64,000 nt of DNA from Mobula hypostoma (GCF_963921235.1 NC_086109.1:31870001-31934000); one strand, 5' to 3'; shown: positions 24,921 through 36,609, counted from the stretch's first letter. Notes: a model not told the origin generated them from the letters alone. Numbers and translations are program-made.

Positions 24921-25381
24921 TGTCATGGAAACACTAACTAAGAACATCCAGAGTGACTTCGAGTTTTGTTTTAAGAGTTTATTAACATGATATCATTGAG
25001 AGTCTGCAACAGTCTCCACCACCACCAGAAATCTGAATTCCAGGTTACACAGAGCTCATACTTATACAACAAGACAAACAACTTCATGTAACTTTGTTTG
25101 GCATCCCATGGTTAGTACATGATCCATTGTTTAAAAGACATGTTAATTATTCTCTCAGCGCGAGTCTAACAGTCCTCTTTGTTCCGTTATCAGGGTTCAT
25201 AATTTACCCCAGACGCATCCTCCCTCCTGGTTCCAGGGGCCTAGTATCATATTAATTGGAGTTCTTGGTACAGTGCTTATCATCCAAGGTTATTCTGGAT
25301 ACGCATCAGCAGTCTTAAGCCCAGCTGTTCCAGAATGGTCAAGTATCCCATCATACACTAGTTTTAACCATTTCTACCACA
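24921..25381 (-). mobile_element. Solo LTR (461 bp)
   Basis: TGT...ACA termini with imperfect inverted repeat (TGTCATGGAAA / TTTCTACCACA). Flanks ccaga / ccagg form a 5-bp TSD with one mismatch. AATAAA on the - strand at ~24980. Confidence 0.65.
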
Positions 25382-25524
25382 CCAGGAGACTATGAGTGGC
25401 AATGGTGCTATGTACACAAAACGTGCTACAGTACCAACATATAGAACAGAAAACACTGAATGTATGGACTGAACGACACCACAAATGTAAAGACAGCCAT
25501 GTCCTGTACTTTTGTACTTGTGTA

Positions 25525-25587
25525 CATATACGTATATGTGTGTGTATGTGTGTGTGTGTATGTGTGTATATATATATACACACACAC
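25525..25587. repeat. Compound (TA)/(TG)/(CA) microsatellite
   Basis: Read directly from the sequence. Confidence 0.9.
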
Positions 25588-25624
25588 CTAATTCTGCTCC
25601 TATATCTTATGATCTATATGTATA

Positions 25625-25870
25625 TATAAAAATAGGAGCATTAGTAGGCCATTCAGCCCATCAAGTCTGCTCCGTAATTCAATCATGGCTGATTTTTTTT
25701 CCCTCTCAGCCCCTTTCTCCTGCCTTTTTCCTGTAACCTTTGACACCCTTATTAATCAAGGACCTATCAACCTCTGTTTTAAATATATCCCAATGACTTG
25801 ACCTCCACAGCTATCTATTGCAATGAATTCCACAGATCCTCCACTCTCTTCCTAAAGTAATTCCTTCCCT
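25625..25870 (-). mobile_element. CR1 3' end fragment
   Basis: Similar to 43190-43430 (aataggagca..taggccattcagccc..atcatggctgat..gaattccacagat). Confidence 0.75.
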
Positions 25871-26763
25871 TGGTTGGAATAAAGGTGGGATTATTCAGTT
25901 GTTCAAAAAAGCCACAGGGGAATCATGGATTAGCAACATCCAGAAGACACTGTTCTAAAAGGAATCCAAGAACAAAGGTTCATGAAGTTTATTTTGAAAA
26001 AAAAATCTTCTACAGAAATATCAGTTGACTGAAGTCTGTAATCAAGCATAAAACTCTAATAGCCAATAAAAACCTACTTTCAGCTCACTATCTCACCAAG
26101 AAGGTGAGCTGAAAGTAGAGAACAGCTCCTCAGATGGTAGAGATTCTACTGAAAGCACAGGAAATAAGGAAAATGGACTACATGACAAGGAACTTGATCC
26201 ATCATTTCATTTGTTTGGAAGCTGAAATCGTGGAGCAGTTGCAGTAGACTGAATCAATTGGGGATAGTGCAGCATATATAGACAACAGCCAATAAATACC
26301 AAGCAAATGTAGTGGCAATGCAACAAGGGAAAGCAATTTTTGACAATTAGAAATATTTGGTGAGGTGATAGATTTAGATTCTAGACCATTCACTTATTGA
26401 GTTAGATTGCAAGTTTGAAAAAGATATCAGCACATTGCAAACACAACAATCAAGGTATGGGTTTGAGTTCAGAGCATGAATAAGCCACACAAATTTAAAG
26501 GTGGGAAGACATTATTTCAACCACAAAATAAAGATTTAATTTACTAGAAGCTTCAAGTCTAAGTGAGTAAATGTAGTACTCTGCACTTGGAGGCCAGTTC
26601 AGGATTCACAGACGACCATGCTTATCGTTTTCTTGTTGTGTCTGCTGGATGTTTAGGGAGCAGAGTAGAGTTTTATCTTAGTCATTGCTGAACGAATTCG
26701 TAAGACTTTAATCTCATTTACCTTGATACTACAGTTGTGTATGAAAACACCAGAGGATATATG

Positions 26764-26955
26764 GCAACACACACAAAATGCTGGGGGAACTCAGCAGGCC
26801 AGGCAGAATTTGCTGAAGAGTACTATGGAATTGAGACAGCTTTTCAGGCTGAGACCCTTCATCAGGACTCACAGATGCTACCCGGCCCGCTGAGTTCTTC
26901 CAGCATTTTGTGTGTGTTGCTTGGACTTCCAGCATCTGTAGATTTTCTCGTTTTT
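26764..26955. mobile_element. Palindromic Penelope 3'-end mini-element with a central hammerhead core
   Basis: Arms 26764-26811 and 26873-26920 are reverse complements. The - strand centre reads gagtc CTGATGA agg gtctcag cct GAAA agctgtctc. Confidence 0.8.
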
Positions 26956-27064
26956 GAGAGGAAATATGGCATCAGGTTGGAAGTACTGTAACACATTCAA
27001 ATATATCTGTGGTTTTGGCTTTCGACTCACGAAAGCAGGTAAAACTATTGTCATTTATGACTAG

Positions 27065-27380
27065 CTGGCACAGTGGTGTAGCTAATAAAGCAAAGGTCAT
27101 ACAGATTCAGCAGCCAGAGTTCATTTCTGACCTCTTGTGCTGTTTGCCTGGAGTTTGCATATCCTCTCTGTCAACTTGCTGTTTTCCTCGGGTGCTTCGT
27201 TTTCCTCCCACTACCCAAAACATCCTAATAGTAAGTTAGTTGTCCTCTGTAACTTTTCCCTAGTATATGGAGGAGCTGATTGAGAATATGGGGAGAATTA
27301 AGTAGATTAGGGTAGAATTACTGTAAAAATAGATGCACAATTGAGAGCAAAACCAATTTTGGTGCTGTATCTATGGCTTG
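27065..27380 (+). mobile_element. Degenerate tRNA-derived SINE
   Basis: ggcacagtggtgtagc head and ggagtttgcat..ttttcctcgggtgcttcgttttcctcccac core. Confidence 0.55.
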
Positions 27381-27504
27381 ATCATTCTGTGACTAACATT
27401 CGGAACAAATAATGACCAACAATAAAGACTACTCAGGCTTTGTATTTTATTAACCTGAATCTAGAACTTCAGGAGAAAAATATAGTTTTGTCTTTGTTTG
27501 CTGG

Positions 27505-28005
27505 GGAGAGCATTCTGACAGGCTGCATCACTGTCTGGTATGGGATGGAGTCCTGCACAGGATCGAAAGAAGCTACAGAAAGTTGTAAAATTAGCCAGCT
27601 CCGTCTTGGATACTAGCCTCCGTAGTATCCAAGATATCTTCAAGGAGCGGTATCACAGAAAGGCAATGTGCATTATTAAGGACCCCCACCACCCAGGACA
27701 TACCCCCTTCTCATTGTTGCCATCAGGAAAGAGGTTCAGAAGCCTGAAAGCACACACTCACCGATTGAGGGACAGTTTCTTTCCTTCTGCCATCTAATTT
27801 CAAAATGGACATTGAACCCATGAGCACTACCTCACTTTTTTACTATTTCTGTTTTTGCACTATTTTTGATTTAAATATTAAATATGCAATTGATTTACTT
27901 ATTTATTTTCTTCTTATATTATCATGTATTTCATTGTACTATTGCTGCTAAGTTAACAAATTTCATGACATATAATAGTGATATTAAACCTGATTCTGAT
28001 TCTGA
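27505..28005 (+). mobile_element. Rex-Babar LINE 3' fragment
   Basis: DRKKLQKVVKLASSVL..IIKDPHHPGH..LLPSGKRFRSL..RLRDSFFPSAI, with a (TGATTC)n tail. Confidence 0.85.
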
Positions 28006-28374
28006 TTTAATTCAGTTAATACAAGAATAAACAGGAAGATGGTTAGACTTTAAAAGTTCTTAGAATAGCTACAGCATGACATCTAACCGTAAGGTGGGAT
28101 TTTTTCCAGGCATGCGCTGCCCTTAAAACACAATCTAGCTAATTGTCAACAAATAAGTAAGTTGCCAAAACAAGCAAAATGCTGAAGGAATTCGGCAGGT
28201 CAGGCAGCATCTATGGAGGGACATGCACCGTCGCTATTTCAGACCTGGATCCTTTTCAAGACCCTTTATTGGGGTAAGTTAAATGGTCATCCCAATAAAT
28301 TGGATTACTTCTTATTCTGCAGCATTACTTCATTCATGTATGTTTTGGTACCTTTGCTAAATACTGTACCTGAT

Positions 28375-28595
28375 TTTATTTTATTGAGATATAGCACAGA
28401 ACAAGCCCTTGCGGCCCTCCGAACCGTGCCACCCCTGCAACACCTGATTTAACCCTCGCCTAATCACGGAATAATTTACAATGAGCGATTAACCTACCAA
28501 CCACTGTGTCTTCAGACTGTGGGAGGAAACCAGAGCACCCGGAGGAAAACCATGCAGAACATAAAAACTCCTTACAGACAGCAGTGGGCATTTCT
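28375..28595 (-). mobile_element. tRNA-derived SINE fragment
   Basis: gactgtgggaggaaaccagagcacccggaggaaa matches ~54900-54935. Confidence 0.65.
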
Positions 28596-28889
28596 AAACT
28601 CTTTTCCCTCACTATAGGTGGTGGTATTCAACATTTTTAACTAATTGGCAATATGGACACCAGTAAGACTACTGATTCTACATAACACCAGTTGTGTCAA
28701 TGAAGAGACTTACAAGTAACATAATGTGGATTCAAACAATCAATTAGTGAATGTAGAACATTATATCTCAAGCATAACAAAACTTTCAATCATCATCAGG
28801 GAGATGAAAGGTGCTGCTAAGGATTGTTTAGTAGTATTAAATCAGAAATAATGTTGTCACCAACACTTGCTTTGGATTCTGCCGGAAGA

Positions 28890-29370
28890 TAGATGGAATC
28901 AGTCCAAAAGATATTCTCCAGGTCAGTTCCTGGGTTAGGGAGTTGTTCCATTATGAACAAATAAAGAAAATAGAACTACATTATTCAGAATTTAGAAGAA
29001 GATGTAGTGATCACATTGTGACATCTCAGATCTTGAGGACATGTAACGGGGTAAGTACCAAAATATTTCCACTAGTGGGAGGATCTCGAATTAGATGACT
29101 CACATACAAGTCACCCCTCATTTAAAACTGAGATGCATAATAACTTCTTATCACGGAGGGAACTCTACACCAAATCTATGCAGAGGCTAGGTCATTTGAG
29201 AGATCTAAGGTGGAAGAACAATTTCTGAAATATCGAGGAATTGAGGGCCACGGGAAAAACACAAAAGATGAGATGAGCCCTGGACGGGTCAGCCATGATT
29301 AAATAGAATGGTAGGGTAGGTTTGAGGGGCTGAGTGGCCTACTCCTGCTCCTAGTTCCTTACGTTTTTAT
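28890..29370 (+). mobile_element. Old CR1 3' fragment
   Basis: gaatttagaagaa...catttaaaactgagatg...cagccatgat..gaatgg..ggcctactcctgctcct, as in other CR1 3' ends. Confidence 0.65.
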
Positions 29371-29394
29371 TATAGCTGTACAAAAGGTTATTTG

Positions 29395-29790
29395 AGTTAT
29401 TGTCGCGTTCCTGTCAGTTTGAAATAGCCTGGCCATTCTCATCTAACATCGTTCATTAACAAGGCATTGTAACTCACAGAGCTGCTGCTCACTGGACTTT
29501 ATTTATTGATTACTGTACCATTCTCCGTAAACTCCAGAGACTGTTGTGCATGAAAATCCCAGGAAATCAGCAGTTTCTGAGATACTTGAACCACCTGTCT
29601 GGCACCAACAACCATTCCACGGTTAAAGTCACTTGGATCACATTTTTCCTCATTCTGAGCAACAAGTGAACCTCTTGACCATGTCTGCATGCTTTAATGC
29701 ATTGAGTCGTTGCCATATGAAGGGCCAATTAGAAATTTGAATTCACGAGCAGGTGTTCAAGTGCACCCAAGAAAGTAGCCACAGAAGGCA
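29395..29790 (-). mobile_element. Degenerate Tc1-derived element, same family as 15243-15794
   Basis: KCDPSDFNRGMVVGARQ in ORF 29499-29690, plus DNA homology to 15400-15790. Confidence 0.75.
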
Positions 29791-30196
29791 TATATTTCTT
29801 TATAGTATTATTCATTATACCTAATCTAAGCCAAAATGAAATGGGCTTTGCATGTAAATCTGTGCTAATTACTTATTATACATTCTGCATCTGAATGCTT
29901 GAGGTGGTAGGACTTCCTTCTCTCCAGCATCTGAACAGATATTACTTTTGAACTAAGCAATTATTACTTTTTCATATTAAATACATTCCTCAGATTCATT
30001 CCATTCTCATAAATTTTTAATCATATACTTCAGTGAATTTATTACGTTGCTTGACTTGTAAACACAGAGAGAAATTATTGCTATAGTTTGGGAATATTTC
30101 AAAATGCATATTTTGATCTTTTTTATGATAATGAAATAATATATTGCAATTAATTTTTAAGTAAATAGGTTATGAATACCTTTATTAAATATTGTA

Positions 30197-31793
30197 CAGG
30201 TTTCCCCCGCCATCCAAAGGTAGAGCGTTCCTATGAAACAGTTCGTAAGCCAAAATGTCGTAAAGCGAAGAAGCAATTACCATTTATTTATATGGGAAAA
30301 TTTTGTGAGCGTTCGCAGACCCAAAAATAACCTACCAAATCATACATAAACCAAATAACACATAAAACGTAAAATAACAGTAACATATAGTAAAAGCAGG
30401 AATGATATGATAAATACACAGTCTATATAAAGTAGAAATACTTTTCCACAATCATTGCCAGCACAGATCTCCGTAGCGAAAATCTCACGTAAGCGCCGTC
30501 GGCAGAAAATCTCACGCAAGCGCTGTTGGCAAAAACACAGCGCAAGCGCTCTCCAGTAATCTTTAAACTATGAAGCTGCCAAATCATACCAAATAACACC
30601 TAAAAATACGCAGCCTATATAAAGTAGAAATAATGTATGTACAGTGTAGTATCACGGGAATCGCGAAGACAGCGAGCACACTGATAATGGTGTGTTAGAC
30701 TGAGTCATCGCAGGCTGGGGTGGTGCAGTGGCCCCCACCCTCCAGGCCGCTAAGCGATACATTGCCGCGAAGAACGCAGGGGTCCAGCGGTAGCCGGGAG
30801 GTACACAGCACATCTTTAAGAAAAAAGCCGAAACAAACGTGCTAATTAATTAGGTGCCGCCCGTAATTGTCGGCCCAGATCAGTGCCGATTTCCGATTGC
30901 GTCGTCTCTGATCTGGGCCGACAATTACGTGTCAGCGGCACCTAAATAATTAGCATGTTTATTTCGGCTTTGTTCTTAAAGATGTGCTGTGTGCCTCCCG
31001 GCTAACCTTGCATTCTCCGCAAATTGGTATCTGTCCTTGGCCTGGGGGTTGGGGTGGTGGGACACTGGGGTGTCATCTCGTCGCCTGTTTACATTAGAGC
31101 AGGCAGCTCATCTTCTTCTATCTCTGCCCGCCTTGATGTCGAAGGTCGAGGTTCGTCGTCTGCTGTGGCTGATGTGAAAGGCTTGCTTGACTGCTGAGCC
31201 TCACGCATTTTTCTATCACACAGTTCTTTAATAAGGACTCAAACCATCCTGCAAATATTCCCTAAACTGATGTACCCTTTCAAAATTAAAGTCGTACTTT
31301 ATCATTACTCATTCAGTTTTGATTGTTATCTTTTTTCTTCCAATTGCATCAGCTCTTCATCTGTCAGTTCTTGGTGATGGGATGCCAAAACCTCTTCAAC
31401 ATCATGTTTGTCAGCTTCCACAAGCCAAACTCACGTTGTCCTTACTTTGTTCACCACGATCAAAAGGCTTAATTATGTCTAGTTTTACAGTAAGTGTAAC
31501 ACCCTTACGAGCTCTTTCAGGCTTTTCCGATACCATAGAACTCATCTTGCAAACGGCTGCTCACCGGCACATGTTAAAGCAAAGCAGTTGCGAATCCGGG
31601 GGAGAGCGGCTGCTCGGGGCGCGCTGCTTTGTATCGCGTGCTGATTTTTTAGCGCGCTGATTTTTTATCGCGCACTGAATTTTTTTTCGTAACAGTGAAA
31701 ACACCTTCTGAAAGCGAAAATAGGGTACTAACGTAGGTCTTTCGTAACAGTGAGATTTCGTAAAGCGAACGTTCGAAAAGCGGGGGACACCTG
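30197..31793 (-). mobile_element. Tigger/pogo-type DNA transposon, internally deleted
   Basis: TA-flanked TIRs CAGGTTTCCCCCGC / GCGGGGGACACCTG. The - strand at ~31435-31545 translates to MSSMVSEKPERARKGVTLTVKLDIIKPFDRGEQSKD, like the CENP-B/psq HTH N-terminus of pogo transposases. Confidence 0.85.
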
Positions 31794-32719
31794 TATTTCA
31801 TATACACAGTGCCTACAAAAAGTATTCACAGCCCTTGGAACTTTTCATGTTTTACTGATCAACAGAAAAAGACTTGCGTGTCAAACTGAAAACAGATCTC
31901 TACAAAGTGATCTAAATTAATTACAAATATAAAACACAAAATAATTGATTACATTAGTATTCATGCCCTTCAAGTCAGCATTAGGTAGATGCACCTTTTG
32001 CAGCAATTACAACTTTGAGTCTGTGTGGATAGGTCTCTATCAGCTTTGCACATCTGGACGCTGCAATTGTTCCCCATTTGTCTTTACTAAGCTGCTGAAG
32101 CTCTGTCAGATTGCATAGGGATTGTGAGTGAACAGCCCATTTCAAGTCCAGCCAAACATTCTCAATTGGATTCAGGTTTGGACTCCGACTTGACTACTTC
32201 AGGATATTAACCTTGTTGTTTTTAAGCCATTCCTGTGTAGCTTTGGCTTTATGCTTGGGGTCATTGTCCTGCTGAAAAACAAAATCTTCTCTCAAGTCCC
32301 AGTTCTCTTGCAGACAGCATCAGGTTTTCCTTTAGGATTTCCCTGTATTTTGCTGCATTCGTTTTACCCTCTACCTTCACAAGCCTTCCAAGGCCCGTGG
32401 CAGAGAAGCATCCCCACAGCATGATGCAGCCACCACCATGCTTCATGGTAGGGATGGTGTGTTTTTGATGATGTATGGTGTTTGGCTTACACTAAACATA
32501 GCATTTATTCTGATGGCCAATAATCTCAATTTTGTTTTAACCAAACCAAAATTCAGAGTCTCTCACATGCCCTCTGACAAACTAGTTGAGGTTGCATGTA
32601 AGCTTTTTTTTCAACAGTGGCTTTCTCTTTGCCACTCTCCCATAAAGCTGCGACTGGTGAAGCACCTGGGCAACAGTTATACGCACCATCTCTCACATCG
32701 GAGCCACTGAAGCTTGTAA

Positions 32720-32891
32720 CTCCAGCTTTCAAATCCCTTACTCACTCTTCCTTCAGTTAGTCCTGACGAAGGGTCTCGGCCTGAAACGTCGACTGCGCCT
32801 CTTCCTACAGATGCTGCTTGGCCTGCTGCGTTCACCAGCAACTTTGATGTGTGTTGCTTGAATTTCCAGCATCTGCAGAATTCCTGTTGTT
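32720..32891 (+). mobile_element. Young solo 3' end of the Penelope-like element, nested in Tc1
   Basis: Near-identical to the reverse complement of ~45678-45849. Confidence 0.9.
32759..32794 (+). ncRNA. Minimal type I hammerhead ribozyme motif
   Basis: AGTC-CTGACGA-AGG(gtctcgg)CCT-GAAA-CGTC^GACT. Stem I is AGTC/GACT and stem II is AGG/CCT. CUGANGA and GAAA cores, a GUC cleavage triplet, and palindromic ACGU in place of stem III. Confidence 0.85.
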
Positions 32892-32967
32892 TGCCTCTAA
32901 AGTTGTCATGGGTCTCTTGGTGGCCTCCCTCACTAGTTCTCTTCTTGCACAGTCACTCAGTTTTTTG

Positions 32968-33838
32968 AGGATTCGAAGATTCAAAGATTCAAAAAACCTT
33001 ATTGTCATTCTAACCGTACATCAGCTCTGCAGGGCAGAATGAGGCAGCATTTCCCAGGAGCAGTGCAATCATAACATAACAAACGCAACACTAAATAATA
33101 AACATGACAATAAATAGTAAAACACAACAGCCACATGTCAGTTAAATCAGTTATAAGTGTCCAGTGCAAGTTAAAAGTGTCCAAGCAGAGTCAGGTGGAG
33201 CAGCTATTTAGCAGTCTGACTGCCTGTGGGAGGAAGCTGTTTAGTAGCCTTGAGGTTTTAGTTTTGATGCTCCTGTAACATTTGCCTGAAATCAGAAGAA
33301 CAAACAGTTCATGGAGAGGGTGTGAGGGGTCTTTAATGATGTACTGTGTCTTCTGGAGGCATCGACTCTGAAAGAGGTCTTGGACAGAAGGTAGGGAGAC
33401 CCCAAAAACCTTCTCTGCTCCCCTAACCACCCTCTGCGAGGTTTTTTTGTCGACAGCACTGCAGCTGGAGTACCAGGTTGTGATGCAAAAGGTCAGCACA
33501 CTCTCAATCACGCCTCTGTAGAATGTAGTTAAGATGTTAGTGGGGAGTGATGCTTGTTTAAGCTTCCTCAGGAAGTGCAATCTCTGCTGGGCCCGTTTCA
33601 CAATCCCAGTGGTGTTCCTGGACCAGGTGAGATTGTCCGAGATCTGCACCCCAAGGAACTTGATGTTTTCCACTCTCTCCACTGTGGAGCCGCTGATGCT
33701 GAGGGGTGTGTGCTCAGGCTGAGACCATCTGAAATCGACGATCATCTCCTTGGTTTTGGTGACATTAAGCATCAAGTTGTTATCACTGCACCAGCTCTCT
33801 AGGTGTTTGACCTCCTCCCTGTACATTGTTTCATCATC
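32968..33838 (-). mobile_element. 5'-truncated Rex-Babar LINE nested in Tc1; open C-terminal frame 33191-33826
   Basis: YREEVKHLESWCSDNNLMLNVTKTKEMIVDFR..KFLGVQIS..KRAQQRLHFLRKL..SFLPQAVRLLN, with a GAATCTT-type tail. Confidence 0.9.
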
Positions 33839-34151
33839 AGGTCGGCCTGCTGTAGGCAGATTTACAGCTGTGCCATATTCTTTTCATTTCTTAATGATTG
33901 ACTTAACTGTACTCCAAAAGATATTCAGTGACTTGGATATTTTCTTGTATCCATCTCCTGACTTTTTGCAATAACCTTTTTGCAGAGTTGCTTGCCATAT
34001 TCTTTTGTCTTCATGGTGTAGTTTTTGCCAGGATCCTGACTCATGAGCAGTTAGACCTTTCAGATACAGATGTATTTTTACACAATCAGTTGAAACACCT
34101 TGATTGCACACAGGTCTCCAAGAACAGATCTCCATTTAACTAATTATGTGA

Positions 34152-35930
34152 CTTATACTTTATACTTTAATGTCGCCAAACAATTGATACTAGAACGTAC
34201 AATCATCACAGCGATATTTGATGCTGCGCTTCCTGCTCCCTAGATTACAAATCGATAGTAAATATTAAAAATTTAAATTATAAATCATAAATAGAAAATA
34301 GAAAAATGGAAAGTAAGTTAGTGCAAAAAAAACCGAGAGGCAGGTCCGGATATTTGGAGGGTACAGCCCAGATCCGGGTCAGGATCCGTTCAGCAGTCTT
34401 ATCACAGTTGGAATGAAGCTGTTCCCTGTTATACACTTGGTTCTATTTTAGGTTCCTCTCTTCCTTTTGATTCGAAACGTCTTAAGCAGGTCTCTAACCC
34501 GATAGTTAAATATGCTTTGCGCATTTGGTTTCAATTCAGAAAATTTTTTGATCTTAATCAATTCGGGTTAGCGATTCCTATTTTAGGTAACATATTTTTT
34601 CCTCCCTCTTTTACGGATCGCGCTTTTCAAACTTGGAAGACTAAGGGTATTTTACGGTTTTTGGATTTATTTTTAGATGGTTCCCTTATGTCTTTTGAAC
34701 AATTATCTAATAAATATAACTTATCAAGAATACATTTTTTTAGATATTTACAAGTTAGAAATTTCCTAAGTACTATACTTTCTTCCTTTCCAATGCTTCC
34801 TCCTATATATATTTTAGATTCGATAATTAACCTTAATCCATGTCAGAAAGGTGCATCGGCTATGATTTATAATATTATTATGAAACTTAGGAAAGCTCCA
34901 TTTGATAAGATTAGGGTAGATTGGGAACAGGAATTGGGGCTTACCATTTCTGTGGATGATTGGGGGCAGATTTTACAATTAGTTAATACTTCCTCTATTT
35001 GTGCTAAACATTCCCTAATTCAATTTAAAGTGGTTCATAGAGCACATATGTCCAAAGATAAGTTAGCGCGTTTTTACTCGCATATTAATCCTTTCTGTGA
35101 TAGATGTTCGGGGCAGATAGCCTCTTTAACTCATATGTTTTGGTCTTGCCCTACTTTGGAAACTTTTTGGAGAGATATTTTCAATATTATTTCTAAGGTA
35201 TTAAATATAGATATCTCTCCTCACCCTATTACTGCTATCTTTGGACTACCTAAAATTTCTAGTAATCTTTCCCCTTCAGCCCGTAGAATGATTGCATTTC
35301 TTACTTTAATGGCGAAAAGATGTATTTTACAACATTGGAAAGAGCTTAATGCTCCAACTACCTTTTTTTGGTTTTCTCAGACGATTTTATGTTTGAATCT
35401 GGAGAAAATTAGAAGTAACCTTTATGATTCTTCATTTAAATTTGAACAGATTTGGGGACCTTTTATTCGATATTTTCATTTAATGTAATATTTACCCTTC
35501 TTGTTTTTTCTTCACTGTTTTAATGGAGGTCGGGATTGAGGACGTGATTTTAAGTTTAACTCTGTTTGGTTTCAAGTTAGCCCATTGCTTTGCTTTGCTT
35601 TTAGTTAGTTGCACGGTGGGTTTTTTTTTGGGGGTTTTTTTTTTCTTTTTTTTTCCATTGATATATATAAAATCTAGTATACTATTATGTTATCTTGGTT
35701 TCTTATGCTTAAATTACATTGTTTGTAGTATTTTCTTTTTGGTATTGTTATCTTTTGGAATTTTATTATACTTTAACATTGTATTAATGTTTATATGGCT
35801 TACCTTTTTTGTATACTTACTCAATAAAAAGATTTAAAAAGAAAGAAAGGAATGAAGCTGTTCCCAAATCTGGCCATACGAGTCTTCAAGCTCCTGTGCC
35901 TTCTCCCGGAGGGAAGAGGGACAAAAAGTT
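34152..35930 (-). mobile_element. Rex/L2-type 3'-end fragment nested in Tc1 and split by an L1 insertion
   Basis: Matches the uninterrupted copy at 7900-8182. Confidence 0.8.
34427..35848 (+). mobile_element. 5'-truncated L1-clade LINE; ORF2 C-terminal frame open 34427-35488
   Basis: Perfect 17-bp TSD ggaatgaagctgttccc (34410-34426 and 35849-35865). Zinc knuckle CDRC-x7-THMFWSC and QFKVVHRAH. T-rich 3'UTR, AATAAA at 35823, A-rich tail. Confidence 0.92.
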
Positions 35931-36609
35931 ATAAAACCAATTGGCTTCACCAGTGATGATTTGGTGTGTCATATTAAAGGGAGGAGGGATAAATACTTAT
36001 GCAATCAATTATTTTGTGTTTTATATTTGTAATTAACTTAGATCACTTTGTAAAGATCTGTTTTCACTTTGACACTAAAGAGTCTTTTTCTGTTGATCAG
36101 TGTCAAAAAAAGCCAAATTAAATCCACCGTGATTTAATGTTGTAAAACAAAATATGAAAACTTCCAAGAGGGGGGTGAATACATTTTATAGGCATGTATG
36201 CTCAATAATTGTCATTGCTTTTCTGTGGCAAAAGCAGTTATACATTCAGTTATACATGAAAAAGCTCATTTATCCATTTTTGAGATGGTTAAATTCCGCA
36301 TTATATATAAGCAGAGAAAACAGCAAACCTTAGGAAAGGCAGCTCAGCCTTTACTGTTCATCAGTGTTCCCACGACTGAGAGAATTGTGTATTCTACCAA
36401 TAGACACCAAATCACTATATTAGTTCTAAACCAGCTAATGCTATAGACAGGAGGAAACAAATAATTGAATAAAATCTATTCTTTTTCTTTTTAGTTTAAT
36501 ACATTTAGCCACCTTGACAAGAGTTAGCTACTGAACCATAGGAATGATCCTCTGATGGTATGTATTATACTGTAGCTTCCAACCAAAGCCCACATGGTGC
36601 ATGTGCCTT

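Larger units (their letters stand above)
31807..36196 (-). mobile_element. Degenerate Tc1 DNA transposon with four nested insertions
   Basis: TIRs cagtgcctacaaaaagtattcacagcccttggaac / ttccaagagggggtgaatacattttataggcatg followed by TA. Transposase remnants SGDGYKKISKSLNIFWSTVKSIIKK and KHGGGCIMLWGCFSATGLGRLVKVEGKTNAAKYREIL. Confidence 0.9.
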
